A DNA stretch of 64,000 bases from the IMG/VR virus record IMGVR_UViG_2894708747_000001; one strand, written 5' to 3'. Numbering within the stretch: position 1 is the first letter of the stretch; the number at the start of each line of letters is the position of its first letter. Source of the stretch: a virus. Its lineage: Duplodnaviria > Caudoviricetes. Below are positions 9,279 to 16,497 of this stretch, piece after piece. The notes under the pieces are model-generated. The model had not been told where the DNA came from, made no database searches, and saw only the letters and a list, made by a program, of their open reading frames with translations. Made by a program: the position numbers and the translations under genes.

Positions 9279-10424
9279 GATAAGACTCCTCCTCTAGATT
9301 TTTTGGGGCTACTGGAGCCCTATCTGCCCACAATCCGCCGCCAGAATCCCAGGCTGTCCCTACGATTCCTGCATTACCGATTCTTCCATGCAGTCCTTCT
9401 CTGGTACTAGGCCCGCATAATGCAAGAGGCTTTTCCACAGGCATAGACACTAGCCAAAATAAGGCCACAACTGCCACTCGATCATCCAGAAGCCACTCCA
9501 TGCATAGCATGGCAGGGACTCCTGTCCCTATGCACAGGAGAATCCTTATTCCGCTTAGGCCACGCCTGGGTAGTTATCCTACTGGCTTACCTTCCCAGGA
9601 GTCGGGACACTCCTTCATCCTGAACCGTTTTCCCGTAATGCGTAGCATTACGAGTCCACGATCCGATCAGGAGTCAATATGCAGTTATCAAAGACCAGGT
9701 TTTTCGCATGTCTTTGGTGCGTTGCACCGCCAACCGCAATGCCACAATAGCATGGCCGTGGCGATTGTGGAGAGGTTGGTGCAGATTAATTTTTTTAACC
9801 TCAAATTTTTTGGCGGCTCTTTTTGTTTCACTCCCCCCGATGCCTTGGAAATAAAGGCGTGGCCGTTTCGGGCGGCGGAGCATCATGATCCCTACAGGAA
9901 ATTTTTCAAAAATGTTATTGCGAGTAGGTAATACCTATACTGGAAAAACATTAAAGAAAAACAATTGCGCCTATCCTAAAATTAGGAAGGAGGGATTATT
10001 ATGCGGCCTTGTATAGTGGGGTGGTTCTATGCGTTAAAATGGCTTATAAAAACTGGATTGGTTTTTAATTCAAAAACAAGAAAAATCCGTTGGAAATTTG
10101 GGCGAGAATTAATTAAACATAAGTATTTTTGGTACACAAGGCAAGAAAAATCTAAATACACAAAAATAGTGAAGAAATTAAATTAAGAATTACCAAGTTT
10201 ACAATACATCAAGAGAAGAAATGATTAAATTTTACATTAATGGGCTATACTTAAAGGTAACAGATCCCGTCACACCTCTGTTACCTCTAAAGCGTATCTC
10301 TATCTTACTAGTGGATAGAGATAGGTGGGTAATACGTGGCCCAGGGCGGGACAAGCAAATAAGCCACCTTGTTTATTGGGGTCGCATTTGCGGTCGGCAA
10401 GGTGGCATAAAAATTTTCATCTGC

Positions 10425-10458
10425 CCTCTTAAAAATGCTATATAACCCTTCGTATATG
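10425..10458 (+). promoter_or_regulatory. putative phage (middle-type) promoter of the ncRNA cluster
   Basis: CCTCTTAA-N18-CGTATATG, identical boxes at 16132-16165 (minus). Confidence 0.55.
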
Positions 10459-10468
10459 TACTATGAAA

Positions 10469-10575
10469 GGGGAAAACCAGTATAATAGCCATGCTGACGG
10501 CCCTAGAGTAAGCTGGGTGACGGGGAGGCGCGCACCCTGTCGGCTTGATGGATCAAAAATCCGCTGGTTTTCCCC
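10469..10575 (+). ncRNA. unknown structured RNA A
   Basis: Perfect 12-bp closing stem GGGGAAAACCAG/CTGGTTTTCCCC with internal hairpins. Confidence 0.6.
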
Positions 10576-10585
10576 AATTGGATAT

Positions 10586-10660
10586 ACAGGTGTAGCTCAA
10601 TGGTAGAGCGTCTGGCTGTTAACCAGATGGGTGTAGGTTCGAGTCCTACCACCTGTGCCA
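10586..10660 (+). tRNA. tRNA-Asn(GTT)
   Basis: Acceptor ACAGGTG/CACCTGT, D arm GCTC/GAGC, anticodon arm TCTGG-CTGTTAA-CCAGA, T arm GTAGG-TTCGAGT-CCTAC, G73 and encoded CCA. Confidence 0.95.
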
Positions 10661-10663
10661 ACT

Positions 10664-10725
10664 TGCCCTGCCTGCCTGAAAGCCTAAGTGCTACTTGGGT
10701 GACGTAGTGTAGGAAGGGTGGGGCA
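10664..10725 (+). ncRNA. unknown structured RNA B
   Basis: Closing stem TGCCCTGCC/GGTGGGGCA (with G.U pairs), inner hairpin GCCTAAGT/ACTTGGGT. Confidence 0.5.
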
Positions 10726-10729
10726 TATA

Positions 10730-10913
10730 TGAGTTAGCTAACTCCGAGGTGGGTCAAGGCATGAACCAGGGTGTTTCGGTGGCCTTGGCGAAAGGGTAAG
10801 AATAAATTGTTGTGGAGCTTTAGGCTCATTTTAATTAACTAATAAGGGTAGTCCGAGTAGGGGAGATATAAACCGACGGCACTGAAAGGACGTGTAGGAG
10901 TTACACTAACTCA
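10730..10913 (+). ncRNA. unknown structured RNA C (184 nt)
   Basis: TGAGTTAG-C-TAACTCC pairs with GGAGTTA-CA-CTAACTCA; inner stems GTCAAGGC/GCCTTGGC, GAGC/GCTC, GTCC/GGAC. Confidence 0.55.
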
Positions 10914-10932
10914 GAAACACAAAATTATAAAA

Positions 10933-11016
10933 GGAGCAACGATTACATTAAATGGGGGCGTGGTAGGCACGCCGACGATGGGTTGGCTAGTTTGCGGGAA
11001 CCTAGCCCATTGCTCC
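10933..11016 (+). ncRNA. unknown structured RNA D
   Basis: GGAGCAA/TTGCTCC closing stem; hairpins GGCGTG/CACGCC and GGCTAG/CTAGCC. Confidence 0.55.
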
Positions 11017-11025
11017 CAAGATTAC

Positions 11026-11044
11026 AGCCCCATAAGGGGCTTTT
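11026..11044 (+). terminator. intrinsic terminator ending the ncRNA cluster
   Basis: AGCCCC-ATAA-GGGGCT followed by T run. Confidence 0.7.
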
Positions 11045-11064
11045 AAATTTAAAGGAGGAAAAAT

Positions 11065-11211
11065 ATGAATGAATTATGCCAAGTTTGCATCAATCCATGT
11101 AAAAACAATAAACAAAAATTAACTCCTGATGGGTTAGATTGTAAAGAATGGTTTCCAACTAAAGAGTGGCTACAGAAAATGAATTTATATCCTTATTGGT
11201 GGGTGGATTAA
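11065..11211 (+). CDS. 48-aa Cys-rich protein
   Basis: AAGGAGG RBS; MNELCQVCINPC...C. Confidence 0.6.
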   Translation: MNELCQVCINPCKNNKQKLTPDGLDCKEWFPTKEWLQKMNLYPYWWVD

Positions 11212-11364
11212 ATGCATAATTTATATAAATTAATGACAGTAATTGGAACGATATGGGCCATACTACCATTATTTTTTAATGTGGCAATTCTCAAAGTCTC
11301 TTTGCCAATGCTTTTGGCTTTCTATTTAATGTTATACATAGATTATTGGTTACATAATCAATGA
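11212..11364 (+). CDS. 50-aa membrane protein
   Basis: Abuts the previous stop codon; two hydrophobic stretches. Confidence 0.45.
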   Translation: MHNLYKLMTVIGTIWAILPLFFNVAILKVSLPMLLAFYLMLYIDYWLHNQ

Positions 11365-11414
11365 ATTGTTTCTTTTCTCGCGCATGCCGCCGTATTAAAT
11401 TTGGGGGTATGTTA

Positions 11415-11762
11415 ATGAACGAAGAAAAAATAATAGAAAAACTTAATCGCCGCCAGCGGCAAATTTTGGTTCATTCGTTTTTATACTACAAACTTAATGA
11501 ATCAATAATCCCTGATCCTACTTATGATCAGTGGTGTATGGAATTAGTTGATTTGCAAGAACAATACCCTGAGCTGGCTAAGAAAACGGCTTATTATAAT
11601 ATCTGCCAGCATTTTGACCGCTCTGGTAGCGGTTTCTTTATTAAGAACTACCCGCCCGAAATAATTTCAACCGCATTTCATTTACTTTATCAACACTATA
11701 AGAAAAGAGATCTTGATTTACGGTTTGAAGATTTTATAGTGAGATATGGATACTATATATAA
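11415..11762 (+). CDS. stand-alone NAD-dependent DNA ligase domain Ia-like protein
   Basis: RQILVHSFLYYKLNESIIPDPTYDQWCMELVDLQEQYPE resembles the LigA Ia motif HxxxYYxxDxPxIxDxxYD; no adenylation domain. Confidence 0.75.
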   Translation: MNEEKIIEKLNRRQRQILVHSFLYYKLNESIIPDPTYDQWCMELVDLQEQYPELAKKTAYYNICQHFDRSGSGFFIKNYPPEIISTAFHLLYQHYKKRDLDLRFEDFIVRYGYYI

Positions 11763-11837
11763 TTATATATTCAGTTGTTAGGCATACCGCAAATGTGTCT
11801 TTACAAGTTATTTATATCTTGTATCAACTTTTTTGTT

Positions 11838-11897
11838 GGGCCTTTACGGCCTTTTCTTTTTGGTATAAAAAAATGACTAGTAGGGCCACTAGTCATT
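11838..11897. terminator. convergent terminator pair
   Basis: GGCC-TTTAC-GGCC plus T tract (+); A7 then TGACTAGT/ACTAGTCA (-). Confidence 0.55.
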
Positions 11898-12016
11898 AGG
11901 AGGAAAGTTTTCGTTAACTTGCATTTATATTATATGGTATTACCTACTAATAATGAAGAGGAAATATATGTTCGGGACAATAGTCCTCTGAATAAAACAA
12001 GTAATATACACTCCCA

Positions 12017-12307
12017 TTATTCGTTAATAGGTTGAATGACATAACCAAAGCGTTCTTTTCTAATTGATGCCTTTTCTTTTTTCAATTTCTCAACCCGATC
12101 CGCTTTTTCTTTATCAAGTACACCATCTGTAAAAAGAATACCTTCAGGATCTTCGCGGCAATCCCAAATTCCGCCCAATCTTGTAGTACCATCTTCTTCA
12201 ATTACAACTTCAAGAGCTAAACCAAGAGGATGAAAAAACTGCCGATTAACTTCCTGAAGAAAGCCAAATTCTCTAAACTCATTTAGATCCATTCTCTTAC
12301 GTCCCAT
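12017..12307 (-). CDS. phage hypothetical protein
   Basis: GFLQEVNRQFFHPLGLAL and IWDxREDPEG motifs; GGAGGT RBS. Confidence 0.8.
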   Translation of the reverse strand: MGRKRMDLNEFREFGFLQEVNRQFFHPLGLALEVVIEEDGTTRLGGIWDCREDPEGILFTDGVLDKEKADRVEKLKKEKASIRKERFGYVIQPINE

Positions 12308-12322
12308 TTTTATATTAACCTC

Positions 12323-12649
12323 CTAAACAATCTCTAATTCAACAATTTGATCCGTATCTTCCAAAACATGGACAAATATCCAACGTCCATCAGGAAGATG
12401 ACCGTGAGCAATAACCTCGGTATTATAATATTCTAGATCAATAAACCCTACAGTTTCACAATCGGAATGACCACAATCACAATAAGTTTTTACTTGCAAA
12501 TTTTCTATTTGACTAATAAACTTACTTGGATTTTCTTTTAATTTTTGACTGCTTTTTATACGACCCGCCGCACCATCTAAAAGAACTCCCAATAAAAGCT
12601 GTTTCTCTCGAAAAGTGAGGGGGCGAGGAGTATCAAGTTTCTTCATCAT
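12323..12649 (-). CDS. hypothetical protein
   Basis: Start at MMKKLD; CDCGHSDC motif. Confidence 0.65.
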   Translation of the reverse strand: MMKKLDTPRPLTFREKQLLLGVLLDGAAGRIKSSQKLKENPSKFISQIENLQVKTYCDCGHSDCETVGFIDLEYYNTEVIAHGHLPDGRWIFVHVLEDTDQIVELEIV

Positions 12650-12656
12650 CCAACAC

Positions 12657-12932
12657 CTACCAATCGCTAGTAGCAAAAATAAAAGGAGGACAAGTATCAG
12701 GTAAACTTTCTAACATTTCTTTAACAGTTAAAGTCACGCAAATACTTTGATTCATTGGTTCTTCTACAATATAATTATCTAAAAATTCTTCATATGTCTC
12801 ATAGAAATCCCTTAATTCTCTATAAACTTCCCACAACGCACATACATTTTCGTTGTAATATTGGATGGCCTGTTCTTTAGTTTTTGCCACCACTAACTCA
12901 TAGGGGCCATCCCCAAACCTGAACAGTTTCAT
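12657..12932 (-). CDS. hypothetical protein
   Basis: 91-aa ORF, GGGGGG RBS. Confidence 0.7.
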   Translation of the reverse strand: MKLFRFGDGPYELVVAKTKEQAIQYYNENVCALWEVYRELRDFYETYEEFLDNYIVEEPMNQSICVTLTVKEMLESLPDTCPPFIFATSDW

Positions 12933-13267
12933 ATTACTTCCCCCCTAAAAAGTTTAACCAATGAGTTTTTTTATAAAGCCTACATTTTCCATTTGCTGTA
13001 TCCTCAAAGGTTGCATCTCTAAAACACGCATCCCGCCAATGAACGCATTGATATAAGAAAATTTCATAATCACTAACGTTAAAAGAATGAATATTTTGAA
13101 AATAACTTTCGGTAAATTTACTAATATGTTACAGCGTAATATCCCGTAATATATCCTTTATACATTCTAACTTCAACAACTAAAATAAGGACTAACAATG
13201 ATGGCATCAAGTAATGTAAGATAATAACTAGAAAATCCATCCTCCATGCATTTAATACAAGTCAAAT

Positions 13268-13524
13268 CTATAAATCATCATCTGCGGATGGAAGTGCTTT
13301 TTGAATTATTACCTCATAGTCTGTAAATATTATCTCTAATGCCTCACCTTCTTAATGTTTTTAGGAATTACAACTCGACCAAGATCATTAAGACGCCTAT
13401 AAGCCCTTTCTTGCTCTATGTATTTTTTCTGAAGGTATTTCATAATGTGATGGACATCTGGATAAGCATCCATCGTTAAAACATAAAGGCTATTCCATAA
13501 AACTTCATAAGGATTTTGTGTCAA
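13268..13524 (-). pseudogene. frameshifted AbrB/SpoVT-family regulator
   Basis: RRLNDLGRVVIPKNIK, then EGEALEIIFTDYEVIIQK in the -1 frame (AbrB pattern RKVDELGRxVIP..IxExDALEI..IILKK). Confidence 0.6.
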
Positions 13525-13652
13525 TCGTCAAACCCCCTTATAAATAGTACATAAAGAATGTAGAATAAAGAAGCGAAAGCTCTTATACCTACATAAGCCG
13601 CGATAGGATAGACAATTATCTTATATAAAATATCAAATGTAGCATCACTCAT
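13521..13652 (-). CDS. 43-aa membrane peptide
   Basis: AGGAGGG RBS; MSDATFDILYKIIVYPIAAYVGIRAFASLFYILYVLFIRGFDD*. Confidence 0.55.
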   Translation of the reverse strand: MSDATFDILYKIIVYPIAAYVGIRAFASLFYILYVLFIRGFDD

Positions 13653-13711
13653 TAGATTAGTCCCTCCTTTATTTCACCTCCATTATAGCACTACATAATA
13701 AATATGGAAAT

Positions 13712-13817
13712 AGGGGATGGGCCAGAATCGAACTGGCGGGCCTTGCTCAAGGGCACTAATCGTTCTTAGTGAAGCACGCTAAGAACGACTGTGGGTCACC
13801 TCCTCACCGCCATCCCC
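13712..13817 (-). ncRNA. tRNA-like element with 8-bp acceptor stem and over-long anticodon arm
   Basis: GGGGATGG/CCATCCCC acceptor, canonical T arm GCCAG-TTCGATT-CTGGC, variable hairpin, 12-bp stem with loop CGTGCTTCA. Confidence 0.55.
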
Positions 13818-14017
13818 ATACTTTTATAAATAGAAGGCTTTTTCTCGTTACAATCAAATTCATGTAGGTTTATTTCATCTACATCAAAGGGGGCATATGG
13901 TGGTACTCCTATACAATCTATACATGGCTCATCTATTAAATCTGTTTTGGGACAGGCATGATTTTTTAAGCAAGTCAGACACTCACAATCCCCACACGTC
14001 TCAAATTCTACTAACAT
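13796..14017 (-). CDS. Cys-rich hypothetical protein
   Basis: CxxCxCxxC pattern, GAGG RBS. Confidence 0.6.
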   Translation of the reverse strand: MLVEFETCGDCECLTCLKNHACPKTDLIDEPCIDCIGVPPYAPFDVDEINLHEFDCNEKKPSIYKSMGMAVRR

Positions 14018-14149
14018 AGATCTTTCCTCCTTTATTCTAAAAATTGATCTAGTTCTTTTCTCTCCTTTTTTGCCATTCAGTGATAGCTATCAAAATAGGA
14101 TTGCTATTTTCCGTAAAACCATTATTAATGACCATTATACATTAAACGT

Positions 14150-14635
14150 TCAATTAGTGTATTCTTCAAGTATCTTATAAAACTCACTTGCTTTGATTTC
14201 TTGCATACCCACAGGACATTTTTCATCATAAAATGGGTCAATTGAGCAATAAACAGTACCATTTATATCAAATAATCTCGTTTTATATTTACCATATATA
14301 TTTTCAAAATAAAGTAATGGCGTTGGTTTAGGTAAAATTTTGAGGCCACTTTCTTCCACTGATTGTATCCACGCTTTACCGATTTTAGAGTTTTGTTTGA
14401 AAGGTCTTAGACCGTTCCCAATATCTTTCGATAAAAATTTATTAAACTTCTCTAAGTCTTCTTGGGTCGGTACGATATAAAGTAAACGTTGTGATGCATA
14501 ATATTCACGAGATATAATACCATGTTCAATCATAAATTTTTCAACGTGTTTAGCTACTTGCTTGCGATTTTCTTTCCATATAAAATAATCACTATATAAA
14601 CTCGATTTTTTAGTGACTATAAAATATTTTTCCAA
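14150..14635 (-). CDS. phage hypothetical protein
   Basis: AAGGAGG RBS; C-terminal EIKASEFYKILEE motif. Confidence 0.75.
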   Translation of the reverse strand: MEKYFIVTKKSSLYSDYFIWKENRKQVAKHVEKFMIEHGIISREYYASQRLLYIVPTQEDLEKFNKFLSKDIGNGLRPFKQNSKIGKAWIQSVEESGLKILPKPTPLLYFENIYGKYKTRLFDINGTVYCSIDPFYDEKCPVGMQEIKASEFYKILEEYTN

Positions 14636-14665
14636 CTTAATTCCTCCTTTGTATGCCGTTCATAT

Positions 14666-15013
14666 TCAAACATCTTTCTCTTCTTCCTCCAACTCGGACA
14701 GAGTCTTGGTTAATTCGGTATAAACTTCATACACTATGCAGGGCTCATCTTCGTCCATTATGGGATGTAACATTTTTATCACGTTTTTGGCCTCTTTTGC
14801 CGCCTCTACTACTGCTTCTAGTTTTGCCATTCGTTCTAGTAGGGCTTTCCCTACATCATTAGAAAGAACTCGCAATATATTTTCTTTAACTACCCAAGGC
14901 CATTTAATTTTTTCCCCATTATTTTGCAGTTTAAAATAAGGTAATGCTTGTTCTAATGCTTCCCTCATCGCCGCACATTGAGCTTCCAATTCTTCGTAAG
15001 TAGGTTTACTCAT
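14666..15013 (-). CDS. coiled-coil hypothetical protein
   Basis: 115 aa, overlaps the upstream stop codon. Confidence 0.7.
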   Translation of the reverse strand: MSKPTYEELEAQCAAMREALEQALPYFKLQNNGEKIKWPWVVKENILRVLSNDVGKALLERMAKLEAVVEAAKEAKNVIKMLHPIMDEDEPCIVYEVYTELTKTLSELEEEEKDV

Positions 15014-15503
15014 CTTTATCCTCCTCCTCTAAGTCGGCCAGGGCCGTATCAAGTTCCGCATTAATTTGTTCTATTTTCCTTATACTGTTCTTAATAAACT
15101 TAACTATATTTTTATCATCTACTCCGCTCATAGCATACTTAACTAAGGTTTCATGTTCTTCTTTTTCTAATCGTCTCTTTTTCTTTGCCGCTTCTACTAC
15201 AGCTTCAAGTTTTTGCATCTGTTTGTTTTGGTTTACAGCTTCTTTGATTTTTCTTATCAAGGCTTCTATTTCTTCTTTGGTAAAGAAGAAACCTTCAATA
15301 GTATATTTAATAGCAGAACTTAACTCGGTACAAACAATAGATGGTTTTTCTAAAAGAAAAAAGGCAAACGACTCAGCAAGTCTGTGTTTAATAATAGCTT
15401 CTAATTCTTTTGGATACCAGCAATAATCAAATTCGAGCCTACTTACCATATAGTTAGCTTCAAAATGAGCTTTATTTATTAGGTTCTTTACTTCTTGGTT
15501 CAT
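15006..15503 (-). CDS. coiled-coil hypothetical protein
   Basis: 165 aa, GGAGGT RBS. Confidence 0.7.
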   Translation of the reverse strand: MNQEVKNLINKAHFEANYMVSRLEFDYCWYPKELEAIIKHRLAESFAFFLLEKPSIVCTELSSAIKYTIEGFFFTKEEIEALIRKIKEAVNQNKQMQKLEAVVEAAKKKRRLEKEEHETLVKYAMSGVDDKNIVKFIKNSIRKIEQINAELDTALADLEEEDKDE

Positions 15504-15514
15504 TACTTTACCTC

Positions 15515-16075
15515 CTATAAAATCCAGTCTATTATTGGTTGGCCTTTATAACCATGCTCCCAAACAAACCAAGCAAAACAAATCATTCCTTTATTTTTCA
15601 TCTTTATACCATTACGATTCATGCTCAATCGTTTACTAAAGACATAAACGTTTTTAAGGGGGGAGGACTTAAAAAATTTATAACGCCCCGCCCCCTCTAG
15701 AAATTGAAGTTTGAGAAGCATAGCTACCTTCCTTTCCGTACATTCCAACGCATGTTCAACAAACGCCTGAGCAAGTTTATATGGAGGGTTAGTTATGATA
15801 TTAGGAACTTTTTTATAAGAGTGTAGAAAATCTACACCGACATTACCATAACCATAATCATACAAATCTGTTGACCAAACAGTATAACCTTTTTCTTCTA
15901 AAACCTTACTGATCGCTCCGTCACCACAGGCTGGTTCCCAAATAAGACCTTCAAATTTTTCTTTTTGTAATAAAGAAATTGTCGCAAAGGATGGAGTCGG
16001 GTAAAAATCATGCTCTGGACGACCGTGACTAACGCCAATAATACTATGAGCTAATGAAATAGCTCGATCCTCCAT
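15515..16075 (-). CDS. DNA amino-methyltransferase (N6-adenine type)
   Basis: DFYPTP, WEPACGDGAI (SAM binding), IITNPPY catalytic motif. Confidence 0.85.
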   Translation of the reverse strand: MEDRAISLAHSIIGVSHGRPEHDFYPTPSFATISLLQKEKFEGLIWEPACGDGAISKVLEEKGYTVWSTDLYDYGYGNVGVDFLHSYKKVPNIITNPPYKLAQAFVEHALECTERKVAMLLKLQFLEGAGRYKFFKSSPLKNVYVFSKRLSMNRNGIKMKNKGMICFAWFVWEHGYKGQPIIDWIL

Positions 16076-16131
16076 AGACACCTCTCCCAGCAAGCAGATA
16101 GTAAAACCAAATAATTTTTATCTCTAAACAG

Positions 16132-16165
16132 CATATACGAAGTCTTATAGTTAAAAGTTAAGAGG
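16132..16165 (-). promoter_or_regulatory. putative phage (middle-type) promoter
   Basis: CCTCTTAA-N18-CGTATATG upstream of the leftward 12-16 kb gene block. Confidence 0.55.
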
Positions 16166-16263
16166 ACTAGAATAATATTCTAGGTATCGAGCAAAATTCT
16201 AGAGCTAAAATAAGCTACGTTTTGTTCTATTCTAATTATGAATAAGGGAAGGAGGCGTAGTTC

Positions 16264-16497
16264 ATGGAAAACTACATAGAATATGTTGAACTATGTTACT
16301 GTGATACTTGTAAATATGCTCATAAATGCGCGAGATTGAATTATATTTATCAAAAACTCCAGGAATTAGAAGTAGAAGTTTTAGATAAATGGAAACTTAA
16401 TTTAGAAGTAGATTATCTGATCAATGATTGTGACCTTTATATGCCTAATCTTGAAAAAGTAACTATTATTGGAGAAGATGATAACTATGAGCGATGA
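16264..16497 (+). CDS. hypothetical Cys-containing protein
   Basis: GGAGG RBS; first gene of the rightward block. Confidence 0.7.
   Translation: MENYIEYVELCYCDTCKYAHKCARLNYIYQKLQELEVEVLDKWKLNLEVDYLINDCDLYMPNLEKVTIIGEDDNYER

Larger units (their letters stand above)
7600..9760 (-). repeat. nested long inverted repeats (structured RNA or ssDNA region)
   Basis: Stems 7719-7748/7940-7971, 7683-7705/8496-8519, 8180-8197/8301-8318, 8335-8355/8468-8488, 8627-8641/8714-8728, 8824-8855/9305-9336; most mismatches are A.C on plus (G.U/G.T on minus). Confidence 0.85.

Noticed and set aside
7600-9760. CRISPR array or retron/DGR in the repeat-rich region
   Set aside because: Repeats are inverted and irregular, with no constant repeat-spacer period; no cas or reverse transcriptase gene in the window
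9136-10445. ORF-track ORFs 9136-9510, 9500-9931, 9674-9886, 10001-10186 and 10221-10445
   Set aside because: Atypical composition, overlap with stems or A-tracts, mostly no RBS; 10001 has an RBS-like sequence but a low-complexity product, so it is left uncalled
10515-10570. SRP RNA Alu-like similarity (CGGGGAGG...CCCTGT...AATCCGCT)
   Set aside because: No helix-8 motif (CAGG..GNRA..AGCAG) nearby; may be coincidence
10664-10725. Hammerhead or HDV/theta ribozyme after the tRNA
   Set aside because: Lacks the CUGANGA/GAAA core and a recognisable nested pseudoknot
13712-13817. tmRNA or functional tRNA-Sec
   Set aside because: No G3.U70 pair or tag ORF; the anticodon arm is not a 7-nt loop on a 5-6 bp stem
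16167-16183. CTAGAA-TAATA-TTCTAG as a second dif site
   Set aside because: 5-bp spacer and short arms; at most an operator between divergent promoters
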